From Chrysomallon squamiferum (taxonomy: Eukaryota > Animalia > Mollusca): 64,000 nt of DNA. The stretch spans positions 6,944,001-7,008,000 of the forward strand of contig CM022671.1 in the NCBI GenBank assembly GCA_012295275.1, written 5' to 3'. Position 1 is the stretch's first letter, and each line of letters begins with the position of its first letter. The notes under the pieces were generated by a model, which had not been told where the DNA came from, did not search any database, and saw only the letters and a list, made by a program, of their open reading frames with translations. Position numbers and translations under genes: made by a program. Positions 51,296-64,000 of the stretch are shown piece by piece.

Positions 51296-51647
51296 CCTGT
51301 CACAAGTAAAATACTTCAACTGAAGGAATCAGCGTGTGTATGTGTGTGTATGTCTGGGTTTTGTGTGTGTGTGTGTGTGTGTGTGTGTTTTTGTATTAGG
51401 TAAAAAACGATGCTTTCAAACTGCATGTCACATGCTTTAATGTTATAAGTTAATATTGTAAATAAAACATGGATACATCTTTCTGTTTTATTTATACCAG
51501 TCAGTTTTAAAATACATTTTTATATAAAAATGTCTGTGATTCCTGTTCAGCAAAGAACTGATATTTGTTAAGAATGATTATTTTTATTTGTAAAACTTTG
51601 TGTGTGCATACATAGTGTGACAGTTAAATATTTCTATGCAGTAGAAA

Positions 51648-51683
<36 letters not shown>

Positions 51684-51796
51684 GTTACCAGTAATGTGTT
51701 GGTGCACTGTAATTACTGTTTATACTGTTAACAATGGTAAATAAGAAATGAATGGAAGATGTTTTATGTTTGTAACAGTGAGTGCTGATTAGTTTC

Positions 51797-51861
<65 letters not shown>

Positions 51862-52774
51862 AATTTATATATATATATACACATACACACACTTAAAAAA
51901 CACACAGCATTTTATATATATATATAACATCCACACATATGACATTATTTGTATACATATATATATAACAAGCACACATATGACATTATCATTAAATAAA
52001 ACATCTGCCAAATCCTACATAATAAGAACATTATACTAACATGTTTTTTTTTTATTTGCAAAATTTTATAATTTATATAATGTTTGATTACTAATTTATG
52101 TTTTGTTATGCTTTCACAAATTTGTTCCTTTTATGGTTCTTTATAGACAATAGTAATTTTATGTTTTTTGTAGCACTTAAATTTCAGTTATTATTTATAC
52201 ACATTTGTTAACTTTGACTCAGTCCAGTTATTATTAAAGTTGTCATTTTCACAACATCGAGATAGATTGATTCTTGCTAACTACAATAAAAGTTTTATAA
52301 ATATTACATAAATTAAGTTTTTTACAAATATTATGCAAAAGTTTTACAAATGTTACTCAAGTTAAGTTTTACAAAAATGTTGTACAAACGTTTCTAAAAA
52401 TTGGAAATGGTGTGTTAAATGTAATTTTTTTTCATTACCCTTTGCCATAAAGATTTTGTGTATCTTAATAATTAGCAAATTGTATCACAACATATGGATA
52501 TTTGTACGGACAGACAGATGAAAGGTTGGGAAAATATCTAGATAATAATGTTATTTATTTTTGCAAGGACAATGTTGACTGTTGATAAGATAGTCTTTTT
52601 AGAAATTTATTATGTATATAGATCTTGATAATATTTTCAAATACTTTGAAATCATAAATGTAGATATAAGTGCTGATTTTAATATTTTAAAATATTCTGA
52701 TAATCAGGATGTAAATATTAATGGTAATGTTGATATTTTAAAATACTGTGAAATCAGAATATGGTTATTAATAC

Positions 52775-53100
52775 TTATATGAATATTTGAAAACATTTTA
52801 ATATTCCAAATTTAGTTACTAACACAAATGTGAATATTTTGAAACGTTTTAATATTCCGTATTTCATTACTAATACTAATGTGAATATTTTGAAACATTT
52901 TAATATTTCGAATTTAGTTACTAACACAAATGTAAATATTTTGAAACATTTTAATATTCCGTATTTCGTTACTAATACTAATGTAAATATTTTGAAACAT
53001 TTTAATATTTCGAATTTAGTTACTAACACAAATGTGAATATTTTGAAACATTTTAATATTCCGTATTTCGTTACTAATACTAATGTGAATATTTTGATAA
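52775..53100. repeat. 42-bp minisatellite with alternating variants (84-bp higher-order unit)
   Basis: Alternating ttccgtatttcgttactaatacta and tttcgaatttagttactaacacaa units. Confidence 0.9.
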
Positions 53101-53769
53101 GTAGAATCTAGTGATTAATACAAAAGTTATAATTTAAAAATATATCAACAGACATGTTTTTATCGAAGTATTACTAAACAATATTCTGTTGTTTTTCTTC
53201 ATTTATTTATTTATTTATTTATAATTACTTCACACATTAGTAATACGGTTTAGTTGTCAAACTTCTGAAACTGAAATAAATTTCCTTAAGAATTCTCACG
53301 GATTACATTACTGGTAGTTTATTTTCCTCCCTCCTTCCGTGCCTCCTCCTCCTCCTTCTTTCTCCCCTCCTCCTAATTGTTATTAAATGAATGAGTGTTG
53401 AAGGTCTACATTTTCTGAATTTATTTATCTATTTATTTTTGTTTTCGTTCAATCAATAAAGACACACAAACAACGAACAAGTAAACTTAGCGTGACGTCA
53501 TTGTGTGTCTCTGACTCCAGTTGCCATAGAGATGTTTTGTAATATTATTTTATTGTTGTAACTTGCTATTAATTTTGAGCTGCTGATGCAAAATAAAATA
53601 ACTTGTAAGTATAAACATTTTTTTCTTCTTCAGACTACAGTTGAATGACGTGCGCGAAGAAAATACTATATATAGTAACTTGTTGTTTACATGTGTATAA
53701 AAACGTGAACATTGTTGTTAAGTAAATACCTTTTACGTTGTAAAATATATGAACGTTGTTTGTTATATA

Positions 53770-53945
53770 AGTTAACTGTAATGTTATAAAATGTTGTTAG
53801 GTAAATAATAATGTTAAAATAAAGTTATAGTGTTATAAAATGTTGTTAAGTACATAATAATGTTAAAATAAAGTTATAGTGTTATAAAATGTTGTTAAGT
53901 AAATAATAATGTTAAAATAAAGTTATAGTGTTATAAAATGTTAAT
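53770..53945. repeat. Short tandem repeat, ~49-bp unit, 3-4 copies
   Basis: Repeated gttataaaatgttgttaagtaaataataatgttaaaataaagttatagt. Confidence 0.85.
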
Positions 53946-54469
53946 ATTGTTTAAAAATACTTATATGTATGATTGTTTATTTTTTTTTTGTGCATGTAGG
54001 TAACAAATGTAACTAGAAAGTTGGCATTCACTTTTATTTTTATTTTGTTTTTGTTTATGATTATTATGATTATTATATTATTATTATTATTGTTGTTGTT
54101 ATTTTGTTGTTGTTTATTAATAATTTGATATATATATCAAGTCGAACAAGGTACAAAATTAATTAACAAACTAGTTTGTCAGTGTCAGTAAACAACAACA
54201 CATTTTTAATTTTTATATTTTCAGATGATAACAACACACACATTTTAATTACATATATTTCAGATGATACACTTATATTATATATATATATATACACACA
54301 CACATACATACATATATATATATATCAATGTATTCGTTCTTTTTTTAAATTATGTGCACATTTAACATTGTACTCTAAAACTAAGTGATTATTAATTATT
54401 CATTTATATTTCTCAATGGAATATCAGGTAAAAACAGCAACAACAATAAAATAATAATGATAATATTAC

Positions 54470-54518
<49 letters not shown>

Positions 54519-54646
54519 GGTCAACAACAATGAAGATATTTTAGAAAAATATTAATTATATTGTTCACATATGAACAGAATCAAGATCATGAATTACAAT
54601 CTTAAAACTTCAAACTCACTGTGATGTTTTTACGTAAATTGCATTT

Positions 54647-54677
<31 letters not shown>

Positions 54678-55379
54678 TTTATTTATTTATTTATTTATTT
54701 TTATTATTTTTTTTTTTTTCTGTTTATATATGCAAAGGCTACTTTTATTCTTAGTGTCAATTACGTTTGAGATAACAAATAATTAAAACATGTTGATTAC
54801 TTACTGGTGTTTGTCATTATTTTATTTCATTTTTCTTTATTTAATTATAAACTATGTAGTTATCAGTACCAATATAAAACATTTCACGAAGTCACCGGGA
54901 CAAAACACGTTGATATATGCAACATTTCTATACAAACATTACATTTAAAACAATTTTATAAATATCCCGTGTAACATCCTTGTATACGTTAACTGTATCT
55001 TTGTAAATGTTTCATGTAACGTCTCTATAAATCTAACAAATTTATTAATGTTACCTATGTAACATATCTATTAGAGTCATCTAATAATATATCTATCAAT
55101 GTTTTTATATTTTGCCACTGTTCCTATATAACATTTATTAATGTTATTTGTGTAACATCATTGTTACCTATTTTATACATATATTTATAAATAGTTTTCT
55201 GCGTAACCTTTGTTACTGTTATCTGTGTAACATTTATTCTTTTCGTGTCAGCATATGTTCATCAGTGAAACGTTATTCATAGGATGTTGCTTTTCGCCTA
55301 TAATAATAGTTTAAGATTTCTGAACACACTGTAAAACGAAATATTAATTTTTATAATGTAAATTTAATATCTGAAATTA

Positions 55380-55735
55380 CTACACACTTTAAATATAATG
55401 ATAAGTAAATTCAGTGATAAACAAAATACACGCACATTTTATATATAATAATATACACAATTTCAGTGATAAGCAAAATACGTGGACAGTTTAAATATAA
55501 TTATGTACACAATTTCAGAGATAAAATACGTGCACACTTTAAATGTAATGATGTACACAATTTCAATGATTTCAATGATAAACAAAATACACGTAAAAGC
55601 AATAATGTACACAATCAGTCATAAATAAAATACGTGCACACTTTAACTGCACAAATGTACAAAATTTCAGTGATGAACAAAATACGCGCACATTTTAAAT
55701 GTAATAATGTACACTATTTCAGTGATAAATAAAAT
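55380..55735. repeat. Degenerate ~48-bp minisatellite (aatttcagtgataaacaaaatacgtgcacactttaaat...)
   Basis: Visible degenerate tandem units. Confidence 0.75.
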
Positions 55736-56093
55736 GACAGAAACACCTTACAGTAATACAGTACGTATGTTTGTGTGTATGTGTGTGTTACTGTATGTTT
55801 TCTGTATATATTGTGTGTTGTGTATATGTGTGTGTATGTTTCTGTGTGTAAGGTGGGTGTGTATGTGTGTATGTGGGTGTGTATGTGTGTGTGTGTGTCT
55901 GTGTGTGAGTATGTATGTGTCTGTGTGTGTGTGTCTGTGTGTTTGTCTGTGTGTTTGTGTGTGTGTGTATGTGTGTGTGTCTGTGTGTTTGTGTGTTTCT
56001 GTGTGTTTGTGTGTGTGTCAGTCTGTCTGTGTCTGTGTCTGTCTGTGTGTGTGTCTGTGTGTGTGTTTGTCTGTGTGTGTGTGTGTGTGTGTA

Positions 56094-56131
<38 letters not shown>

Positions 56132-56144
56132 TGTGTGTGTAAAA

Positions 56145-57392
56145 TTACCTATCGCTGTTGACGGTGTCTGACGCGGTGCTGAAACCAGACCCCGACGTCA
56201 GCGATATCGTAGATGTGTTCTCGGCGCTGTCCGTCTGGAAACTCGCCTCCGACTTTTTGTTTTCTTTGTCCTCAGCCTCGCACAGAGCCTCCTTCCCACT
56301 CTCCATCACGTGCACGTCTTCAGCGCTGCACTTCGGCGTCTTGCTCGGCACGATGTTGTCAAATCGCACGAAGTCGATGCACCAGATTTTATTCCTCTCG
56401 TCGTACTCTTCGATCCTGGCGAACCTGTGTCCCCACATCAGCTCTTTCGCCGTGTACGACGTCTTGGCTTGCACGAGCTCTCCAGTCGTTTCGATGGTGG
56501 CTTCGAGGAAGATGAGAATCTCGAACTTGTCCAGAATCAGATCATCGGGTCGCACAGTCCACATCGGACTGTCCTTGTTTATTTTGTGCCTGAACACGAG
56601 AGGCCAGATGAGAAAGACCTCGTCCATTCCGTGGGCGACGAAGTCCAGTTTGTTCTGGTACAGCGGGTACACGTATTTGTCGCTGGCCACGTATTTCTGT
56701 ACCAGCATCCCGTACAGACTCGCGTCTATCAAATGAGTCTTTCTGTAATCGCCGATTCGGATCTGCAGACACATTTCGCCGTCTTCCTGACAAATGACGG
56801 CGCTCTTGCTGAACATCAGAGTCTGCCGTCGGTTCTTCGGTTTCGCCAGACGAACGAAGATGAAGCCGAGCAGCACCGTTTCCAGGAACCAGCCGATTGT
56901 CATCTGCAGGAAGACCAGGGGAACCGACCCGCCGCAGTCCGGGTGTGGATACAGCGTCCCGTACCCGATCGTCGACTGAGTTTCCATGGAGAGTAAGAAA
57001 CAATCCCAGAACGAGGTTACGTGAACCAGACAGGGGACCCATTTGGGATTGTCCAGGTTCTGAAAGTCCCCGTGCACGTAACCTAGCAACCAGTAGAGCA
57101 CGGCAAAGAAGAGGTAACAGGCGAAGTAACCTCCGAAAAACACGATCAGCGCGTACCTCCACTGCGACTCGATCAGACAGGAATACACGTCTTTCAGGTA
57201 GCGCCTACCTCGTTTTGAAAGTCCCTTGAAAGCGATGTTCATCTGACCCTCCTTGCGCATCAGAGACCTCCGAGGGTAGTACTTCTTCTTCACCCTGTAC
57301 GACGTGTCCAGTCTCTCGAACTTGTACTCCTCCCATCTGGCGTGGTCGTGAACGACGTCCACATTGTGGTACTCTCCGTGTTTTGAACTCAT
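56145..57392 (-). CDS. Inward-rectifier potassium channel (Kir/KCNJ family), intronless CDS, 415 aa
   Basis: Uninterrupted ORF with RKEGQMNI, slide helix [17 protein letters not shown]1, pore [12 protein letters not shown]2, [54 protein letters not shown] and WGHRF. Confidence 0.97.
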   Translation of the reverse strand: MSSKHGEYHNVDVVHDHARWEEYKFERLDTSYRVKKKYYPRRSLMRKEGQMNIAFKGLSKRGRRYLKDVYSCLIESQWRYALIVFFGGYFACYLFFAVLYWLLGYVHGDFQNLDNPKWVPCLVHVTSFWDCFLLSMETQSTIGYGTLYPHPDCGGSVPLVFLQMTIGWFLETVLLGFIFVRLAKPKNRRQTLMFSKSAVICQEDGEMCLQIRIGDYRKTHLIDASLYGMLVQKYVASDKYVYPLYQNKLDFVAHGMDEVFLIWPLVFRHKINKDSPMWTVRPDDLILDKFEILIFLEATIETTGELVQAKTSYTAKELMWGHRFARIEEYDERNKIWCIDFVRFDNIVPSKTPKCSAEDVHVMESGKEALCEAEDKENKKSEASFQTDSAENTSTISLTSGSGFSTASDTVNSDR

Positions 57393-58001
57393 TCTTTGTA
57401 CACTCCGTAAATTCGCCTCGTTTTCTTGCTTAGTTCTTTTTTTTCTTCTTCTTCTTATTATTATTATTATTTTTTTTTAAATACTTCTTATATGAATATT
57501 AACAGTCTACTTGGTTTTATTTCTCATAGCAGGTTTTGTTGACAAGTCGGGAGCTGTTAACTAGTACAGAGACAAAGACAATGTGAGAGTTGATACATCA
57601 CACGGTAATTAACAAACACGTCATTCACATATCAGGGCAATGATAGCCAGTTTGATCGATTGCCTTCTTTTGTACGACTCTGATTACTGTCTGATATAAT
57701 ACTGCTTCTTTATTCTCTGTTATACCTGATATTACTATTATTAGTAGTAGTATTAGTATTAGTATTATTATTATTATTATCTTGTTTATAACGTCTCCTT
57801 AAGCTTCAAATGTGGAAAAGATATACGTATTTTTTCTTTTAAAAAAAAAAAAAAAAACAAACCAGAATCAAATTAATGGCAAAAGCAAAACTAATGTGTG
57901 TTCGTTTTCTTCTAAGTTTCTTTTATTAACTACAATTTTATTTGTCTTGCTGTTGTGATGGAAAAATAAATATATATCAGTTGTAGTAGCAGCAATAATA
58001 T

Positions 58002-58076
<75 letters not shown>

Positions 58077-58194
58077 AATAAACAAAGAAGTTAAGATCAA
58101 TGATCAAATAAAACGTGATTTACTCTTATGAAAACGAACATAACTTCCTGTCAATAAATACGTAACTTACAATAAACAAAACGTAACATACAGT

Positions 58195-58615
58195 GAAAAT
58201 AGATCTGACTGGTGATATTTTAGTGTAACTATATTTAACTGGTAATATTTCATTGTAAATTGATCAAACTAGTGAAAGTTTAGTGAAGATAGATTTAACT
58301 GATGATATTTCAGTGCAAAGAAATCTAACTGGTGATATTTTAATGTAAAGATATCTAACTGGGGATATTTTAATGTAAATCGATCTAACTGGAGATATTT
58401 TATTGTAAATCAATCTAACTGGAGATATTTTATTGTAAATCAATCTAACTGGAGATAGTTTACTGTAATTCAATCTAACTGGAGATATTTTATTGTAAAT
58501 CGATCTAAGTGATGAAAGTTTGGTGTAAACTTATCAAACTGGTGATATTTCAGTGCAAAGAAATCCAACTGATGATATTTTAGTGTAAATATATGTAACT
58601 GGAAATGTTCAATTG
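58195..58615. repeat. 30-bp minisatellite (atctaactggagatattttattgtaaatca) in the spacer between the two Kir genes
   Basis: About 14 units in 30-nt register. Confidence 0.9.
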
Positions 58616-59142
58616 GAAATGTCTCTAAACTTGAGATGTGCAGCTATAAATAAAAGGGTCAATTAACGATGTACTCTGTGTACTGACAGTGACATATGAT
58701 ATGTAATAAACACATACGTATTCATCACATTAGTACGTGTCAAACTGGAATCATCTTCAGCGATCATGCTCGAGGCAAATTTATTTTGCAGTCTTTGTTG
58801 AAATAAGACGAATTTACAACTCGTCTGTGTCAGTTCATTTGTTCGTCTTCTTTGTGTCAGTTCCACCAGTTTCTTCTTACTCCAAAATAAAAACACGGAA
58901 GAGACTAACAATGATAAAAAAAAAAATAATAAAAGTAGAACGAGTTGAAAAACTTTGAAGGAAAAGAAAACAGGAGAAAACAATTAAAATAATTAATACT
59001 AAAATTAAAACGACGGAAACCTATAAAAAAAGAAAAGAAATACGAATACTACGAAGAAAAGCTACAAAGAAAGAAGAAAAAGGGATATATATATAATAAA
59101 AGGATATCTGAAAAGTAAGAAGAAGAAGGGAGAGAAGATACA

Positions 59143-60568
59143 ATGAATGATCCGGGTATTTACAGTGTAAATCGAGGTAATCTCAAAGGAACAGAACGAA
59201 GTTCTCGTCTGACAGTGTCAGAGCGACTGAGACGTCTGTTCACCTGTACCAAGCGTCATTCTGACGTCAGCACGAAATCCATCGTCCAGAGAGATGGAAA
59301 CTACAGACTGCTGATCACGGGACTCAGCGACGTGCAGAGAAAATATCTCTCTGATTTGTACATCACGCTCATCGATGCCCAATGGAGGTTTGTGATTATC
59401 ATTCTCTTTGGAACGTTCGCTGTCACCTATTTGGTGTTCGGCTTTTTCTGGTGGTTCATGGCGTACAACAACAAAGACTTCGAAAACTTGAACAACGGTA
59501 ATCACACGTTTTGCTTGATAGGGATAAAGAATTTCGCCATGTCGCTAATGTTTTCAATCGAGACACAGACATCAGTTGGATACGGGTACGCGTGGCCCAA
59601 TGCACACTGTTTTGGCACGATTCCGTTAATGTACCTTCAAATCGTCATCGGCTTTTTCCTGGAGACTGTTTTACTCGGTTTTATTTTCATGAAAATTTCC
59701 AGACCAAAATACCGATCTCGAACACTCGTCTGGTCTCGGTACGCTGTTATTTGCCAGGAAAATGGCGGACTCTGTCTCCAAGTGAGGCTCGGCGACATCA
59801 GACAAACTCATCTCGTCAGTGCCCACGTGACCGGGATGATGATCGGGAGGCACAGGACGAAAGAGGGCGCGATCTATCCCATGTATCAGCACCAGCTGCA
59901 CTTCCAGACTCACAACATGGGAAACAAAGCCTTCCTGTTGTGGCCGCTGGTCCTCACTCACAGAATCACCGAGGAGAGCCCGCTGTGGGACACGAAACCG
60001 CGCGAGAGAACGAAGGCGAAATTCGAGCTCGTTCTGTTCGTCGAGGGATTTTAGAAGCGACGGGCGAGGTGTGCCAGGCCAGGACCGCTTTCACCCAGGA
60101 CGACATCCTCTGGGGTAGGCGGTTCGAGTGCATGGAGAGGTACGACCCTAACCGAAAGAGGTGGCAGGTGGATTTCACCAAGCTGAACAGCGTCAGACAC
60201 TGCCAGGACATTCGTCACAGCGCCAGGGAGTTTTCAGCTTACCTCGAGGCAAACATCGCGAGAGGCAGCGACAGTGAGAGAGCCACGGCGGTTTGCCATC
60301 AGACGTTTAGCGAGAGGCGCGTCTCCTGGTCACTCTTCGACAAAACTCAGAGCGACAAAAAACGTGTCTCGGACGTGTCCGCGTCTCTGCATCTGTGTCT
60401 GCGTCCGCGTCTGCGTCTGCGGAGAAGAAAGAAGAAGAGGCTGACGTCCACGACGTCGCTGCAGTGGAAAACGTGAGTGACGGAGACGAGCAGGACAGAG
60501 AGAGTAGTAGTAACAGGCCGAAGTCTACACATGGTAAACGAAAACTGTCCACAGTCCACACAGAATAA
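59143..60568 (+). CDS. Second inward-rectifier potassium channel (Kir/KCNJ family), intronless CDS with an apparent frameshift at ~60047 and possibly another at ~60385
   Basis: ORF 59143-60054 has KYLSDLYITLIDAQWR, SIETQTSVGYG, SRPKYRSRTL and FLLWPL. Adding one G to the G run at 60045-60047 restores EGILEATGEVCQARTAF..ILWGRRF. That frame stops at 60476; a further shift would give an acidic tail ending in STVHTE* at 60568, so the 3' end is uncertain. Confidence 0.88.
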
Positions 60569-60605
60569 GGTACCAATAATAACAATAATAATAGTAGTAG
60601 TAGTA

Positions 60606-60674
<69 letters not shown>

Positions 60675-60794
60675 TGATGATGATGATAATTATGATGATG
60701 ATGATATAATAATAATAATGATTATGATGATTGTGACAATGATGATAATAATAAGTGATAATAATGATAACGATAATAATAATCTCTAACTATC

Positions 60795-60896
<102 letters not shown>

Positions 60897-61242
60897 TATG
60901 ATCTCTTTTCGTAGTTAACTTACAAGACTAAATATTTTATTTTATTTTCAGTGTTTCAAGCTGCTTCTGTTTTTAACGAAAACGTGTCTGTGGAAAAGAG
61001 CATCACCGTCAGATTGTTTATTAAAAAAATTTTTAATTTTTAACTTTTCATTTATTTGTTGTCTGTTACCAGTAATAAAAACAAAACAACAACAACAAAA
61101 CCCACCCCAAAAACCCAACAAAAACAAACAAAAAAAAACCACAAAACAACAAGATTGTAAACCTTTGTAAGAAAATAAATTATATGTACCACCACATGTA
61201 CCACTATGTGTAGCAGCAATGGATGCTTCCTCAGTTCATTTC

Positions 61243-61362
<120 letters not shown>

Positions 61363-61387
61363 GTTGTATATGTATATATCTATGGGT

Positions 61388-61455
<68 letters not shown>

Positions 61456-61539
61456 CTTCTTCTTTCTCATATTTCACAATTATTTTTGTGTTATTATTTA
61501 TTGAACTGAGATACAAGTAATATAATGTAGACATGAAAA

Positions 61540-62725
61540 CAACACTGCATGTTGCAACAGTGTACGATATTTCGGTTACACACCACTTCAAGTTACAACA
61601 GTGTACGACATCACGGTTACACAACACTTCATGTTACAAAAGTGTACGACATCACGGTTACGCAACAGTGTACGATATCACGGTTACACAACACTTCATG
61701 TTACAAAAGTGTACGACATCACGGTTACGCAACAGTGTACGACATCACGGTTACACAACACTTCATATTACAACAGTGTACGATATGACGCTTATACAAC
61801 TCTGCATGTTACAACAGAGTACTAGATCACGTTTACACACCACTTCTGCAGTGTACGACATCACGGTTTACAACACTTCATGTTACAAAGTGTACGATAT
61901 CACGGTTACACAACGGACGACATCACGGTTACGCAACAGTGTACGACATCACGGTTCTTCATGTTACAACGGTGTACAACAGTGTACGACATCACTGTTT
62001 ACGACATCACGGTTACAACAGTGTACACATCACGGTTACACAACACATCACAACGGTTACGACATCGACATCGGTTACACAACACGGTTCATATTACAAC
62101 AGTGTACGACATCACGGTTACACAACACTACGATATTACAACAGTTACGACGACATCACGGTTACGCAACAGTGTACGATATCACGGTTACACTTCATGT
62201 TACAAAAGTGTACGACATGTTACAACAGAGTAGTGTACGATATTAGATCACGTTTACACAACACTGCATGTTACAACAGTGTACTACATCACTGTTACAC
62301 AACACCGCATGTTACAACAGTGTACTAGATCATCACGGATACTGCAACAACCGCACAACAGTGTACGACATCACAACATGTTACAACAGTGTACTAGATC
62401 ACGTTTACATAACACAGCATATTACAACAGTGTACGCCATCACGGTTACACAACACTGCATGTTACAACAGTGTACGACATCACGGTTACACAACACAGC
62501 ATATTACAACTGTGTACGCCATCACGTTTACATAACACTGCATGTTACAACAGTGTACGACAGCTTTCTGAGTGGCCCGCCTAAATGTCCCATTTACACT
62601 GTAAATTAGTACCTGCGGCCCGCCTGAGCATGAGCCATGTTTCAAATGGCCCGCTTTTCGAAAAAGGTTGCCCATGCCTGATGTACGATATCACGTTTAC
62701 ACAACACCGCATGTTACAACAATGT
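61540..62725. repeat. CpG-containing satellite/minisatellite (acaacagtgtacgacatcacggttacacaacacttcatgtt; ~26/41-bp subunits)
   Basis: Long, irregular tandem array that generates several repetitive spurious ORFs. Confidence 0.9.
62561..62680. mobile_element. Short hAT (Charlie/Buster-like) element fragment inserted into the satellite
   Basis: The right end reads CAGGCATGGGCAACCTTTT on the minus strand, with repeated subterminal GGCCCG motifs. It is flanked by gtgtacga/atgtacga, an 8-bp TSD-like pair with central TA; this is ambiguous because the host array is repetitive. Confidence 0.6.
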
Positions 62726-63509
62726 TAGAATATATATATATATATATATCCCACTTCATTAACAGTATTACATCAATTTAAAATGTCACAAGTAACTACG
62801 TTTTAAAAGTGACATTTCCATAATTTAGCAGTAATAAAATATGCTGAATGATTATTTCCGTGTCAAAAAAACACGTTCAGTGCTCGATACAGTGAATCTG
62901 TTCAGTCTAATGACGTGCATGTGTACATTTACTGCCATGTTAATAATCTTTGAATTTTTAAAATATCAACGCTGTGTTATGACAAACATACGCGCGCATA
63001 CGCGCGCACACGCGCACACACACACACACACTCACACAATACATATCACACCTGGATCAAATACTGATCAAAATGGATTAGAAAATTTAACTCTGTTAAT
63101 ATTATTAAAGGCTATTTATTTATTTATTTATTTATTTTATTTTATTTTATTTTATTTATTTACTTTTTGAGTAATATTTCATTTATATGTGGAATACAAG
63201 TGCTTTTTTTCTAAAATGAAGGCCATTATAGAACGAACTTTATGCAAAAGAATTTAAAACAGAAGAAGAATTACTCTTTTGGTTAATGGATTTTTGTGTG
63301 TATCAAATATTTATTGATTTTTTTTTTTTGTCCCTCTTTTACGTACGAAAATATGTGTATAGATGTGTGTGTGCGTGCGTGCGTATATGTGCGTATTTAT
63401 ATATGTTTATGTATTAATGTGTATGTGTGTGAAGGTGTGTATATGGGGTTCTTCATGAATATGTGTTATATGAGCACAGGGGTGGATTTATAAGGGGACA
63501 GGGGCAATA

Positions 63510-64000
63510 CCGTATATACTTGTGTATAAGTCGAATTTTTGGGAGACTATATTAAGGTAATATTTTGGGGGTCGACTTATACATAGGTAATGCTTTTGTA
63601 GCTGTTGCTGAAGAGTCGCCATTTTGACTATTTTTTGCTACGGGATGCATCTAAAATAATCGCGGTCTTTCAGCTTTTCAAAAATATAATTTTATCGTAT
63701 AAAAAATTTTGAAAAATTAAATAACAAAACCAAATATGAATGTAAAACATGATATTTTTCCGTTTAATGACATAAAATTACATTTTAAAGCGAGAAAACC
63801 GTCAGTACGGCGTTATGCCTTACGGCGTCTTGCAATGATCTAGGAATGCAGACTTCTCTGCCAAATTGCACTAAATATCGGTCCTAATTTCATAAACAAA
63901 ACTCACTTGTTTAATTGTAAAGAATTTGGTGAAATAATATTGCAATCGTCATTAATATCCACTACCGACAAATTTTGTAAATCATAGAACGGCTAAATAT
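63510..64000 (+). mobile_element. 5' part of a TcMar (Tc2/pogo-like) DNA transposon, running off the window
   Basis: TA|CCGTATATACTTGTGTATAAGTCGA terminal motif with an inverted internal copy GTCGACTTATAC at ~63571, typical of Tc2-type ends. The other TIR is not visible. Confidence 0.6.

Noticed and set aside
56158-57229. Antisense and alternative-frame ORFs over the Kir gene (similar ones overlap the GPCR)
   Set aside because: Shadow ORFs caused by GC-rich codon usage of the real CDS.
60040-60056. Programmed frameshift or pseudogenisation of the + strand Kir (GGGATTTTAG)
   Set aside because: One missing G in a G run restores the conserved EGILEATG. Similar indels in other genes here point to assembly error, though reads are needed to be certain.
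61533-62609. Multiple overlapping Cys/His/Thr-rich repetitive ORFs
   Set aside because: Open in several frames with frame-switching units, which indicates satellite DNA rather than a gene.
63478-63507. Possible PIF/Harbinger MITE end (AGGGGTGGATTTA...) interrupted by the TcMar insertion
   Set aside because: Only about 30 bp is visible and no partner TIR is in the window.

Overview
AT-rich, microsatellite-laden animal (non-prokaryotic) genomic DNA with GT-AG introns. The gene content looks invertebrate, probably lophotrochozoan/mollusc-like; this is an inference. Eight protein-coding genes could be built by hand. (1) Two head-to-head paralogous secreted proteins share a signal peptide, a small cationic 6-Cys/Trp domain and TSP1 repeats; the + copy ends in two CBM14-like chitin-binding domains. 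(2) An apparently intronless class A orphan GPCR has a ~730-aa third intracellular loop. (3) PPIL1 lies head-to-head with CHCHD2. (4) A 12-exon UBASH3/Sts homologue follows. (5) Two intronless inward-rectifier K+ channel genes lie head-to-head, and both lack the conserved pore Arg after GYG. Also present are a Tigger-type non-autonomous transposon, several DNA-transposon relics and many minisatellites. The most striking non-coding pattern is that several minisatellites are tandem amplifications of the exon-intron junction itself, creating arrays of decoy splice sites. Frameshifts in three genes (two clearly in homopolymers) are most likely assembly errors. Coordinates were counted manually, and repeat boundaries are approximate.
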